NCBI RefSeq assembly: GCF_001194135.2
Contig: NC_068989.1
Location: 7,329,187-7,379,447 of the forward strand
Direction of reading: 5' to 3'
Source of the DNA: Octopus bimaculoides
Taxonomy: Eukaryota
DNA: 50,261 nucleotides
Shown: piece after piece, positions 50,039 to 50,261 of the stretch
How the letters are laid out: every line of letters begins with the position of its first letter
Position numbering within the stretch: position 1 is the first letter of the stretch
Made by a program: the position numbers and the translations under genes
Notes under the pieces: model-generated
What the model was told of the DNA's origin: nothing
The model's input: only the letters and a program-made list of their open reading frames with translations
Database searches by the model: none

Positions 50039-50196
50039 TTGCTTTGAACAACAATTGGATATTTCAAATCACTGCAAGAGTTGACTTTCTGGCGAAAGTT
50101 TAGAATATATTCTGGTTTTGATGGATTCATTCCTTCAGGCCAACCAGTGAAGTTGTATTGTGTTATTGTGCGGCTGACAAAAGGTTTAGATTTGGG
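50039..50196 (-). CDS. PTP D1 exon (WPD-loop to P-loop start)
   Basis: ttgcag|CCC..AGCAA|gtgagt, 158 nt; PKSKPFVSRTITQYNFTGWPEGMNPSKPEYILNFRQKVNSCSDLKYPIVVQS(K). Confidence 0.9.
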
Positions 50197-50261
50197 CTGC
50201 AAAAAAAATATATATATATATACAATGTAACTAAACGCGAAATTGAAGAATCTTATAAGTG

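Larger units (their letters stand above)
39579..50196 (-). other. Multi-exon gene span (5'-partial): tandem-domain receptor-type-like PTP, predicted pseudophosphatase
   Basis: 10 GT-AG exons join in one open frame. Intron positions and phases match those typical of RPTP genes (phase-2 intron just after the P-loop HC position, phase 0 inside the Q-loop). Confidence 0.9.

Noticed and set aside
39579-50196. Assigning PTPRA/PTPRK-type symbols
   Set aside because: The tail and exon layout resemble RPTPs, but the ectodomain is outside the window and the sequence is very divergent

Overview
Eukaryotic animal DNA: AT-rich, dense in microsatellites and SINEs, with nine N-gaps. The repeat landscape resembles a coleoid cephalopod such as Octopus (inference). 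Two intron-rich genes converge tail-to-tail, and both run off the window edges. (1) Plus strand, ~517-36405: a gene for a large protein of at least 16 tandem group-A (6-Cys) SRCR domains with no linkers. Each domain is split into a ~145-nt A exon (phase 1->2) and a ~164-nt B exon (phase 2->1). 28 half-domain exons are readable, and the 3 missing halves each fall in an interval containing an N-gap. A probable terminal exon encodes (E)YTV-stop followed by AATAAA, with no TM, CUB or ZP domain seen. (2) Minus strand, 50196-39579: the last 10 coding exons of a tandem-domain, receptor-type-like protein tyrosine phosphatase, barely visible in the ORF track. The frame is intact, but both domains are catalytically degenerate: D1 P-loop VQSKAGAGSTG (His, Cys and Arg lost; WPE) and D2 VHCRGNYFKSG (WKD). 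The protein ends in an ITIM-like SHYAEV. Introns hold four SINE-like families, two Penelope-like fragments, an RTE LINE fragment, mariner and piggyBac-type non-autonomous elements, a fold-back element and a 14-bp minisatellite with a 168-bp higher-order repeat. SRCR domains are numbered 1-16 within this window. Exon coordinates were read from splice sites by eye; repeat boundaries are approximate.
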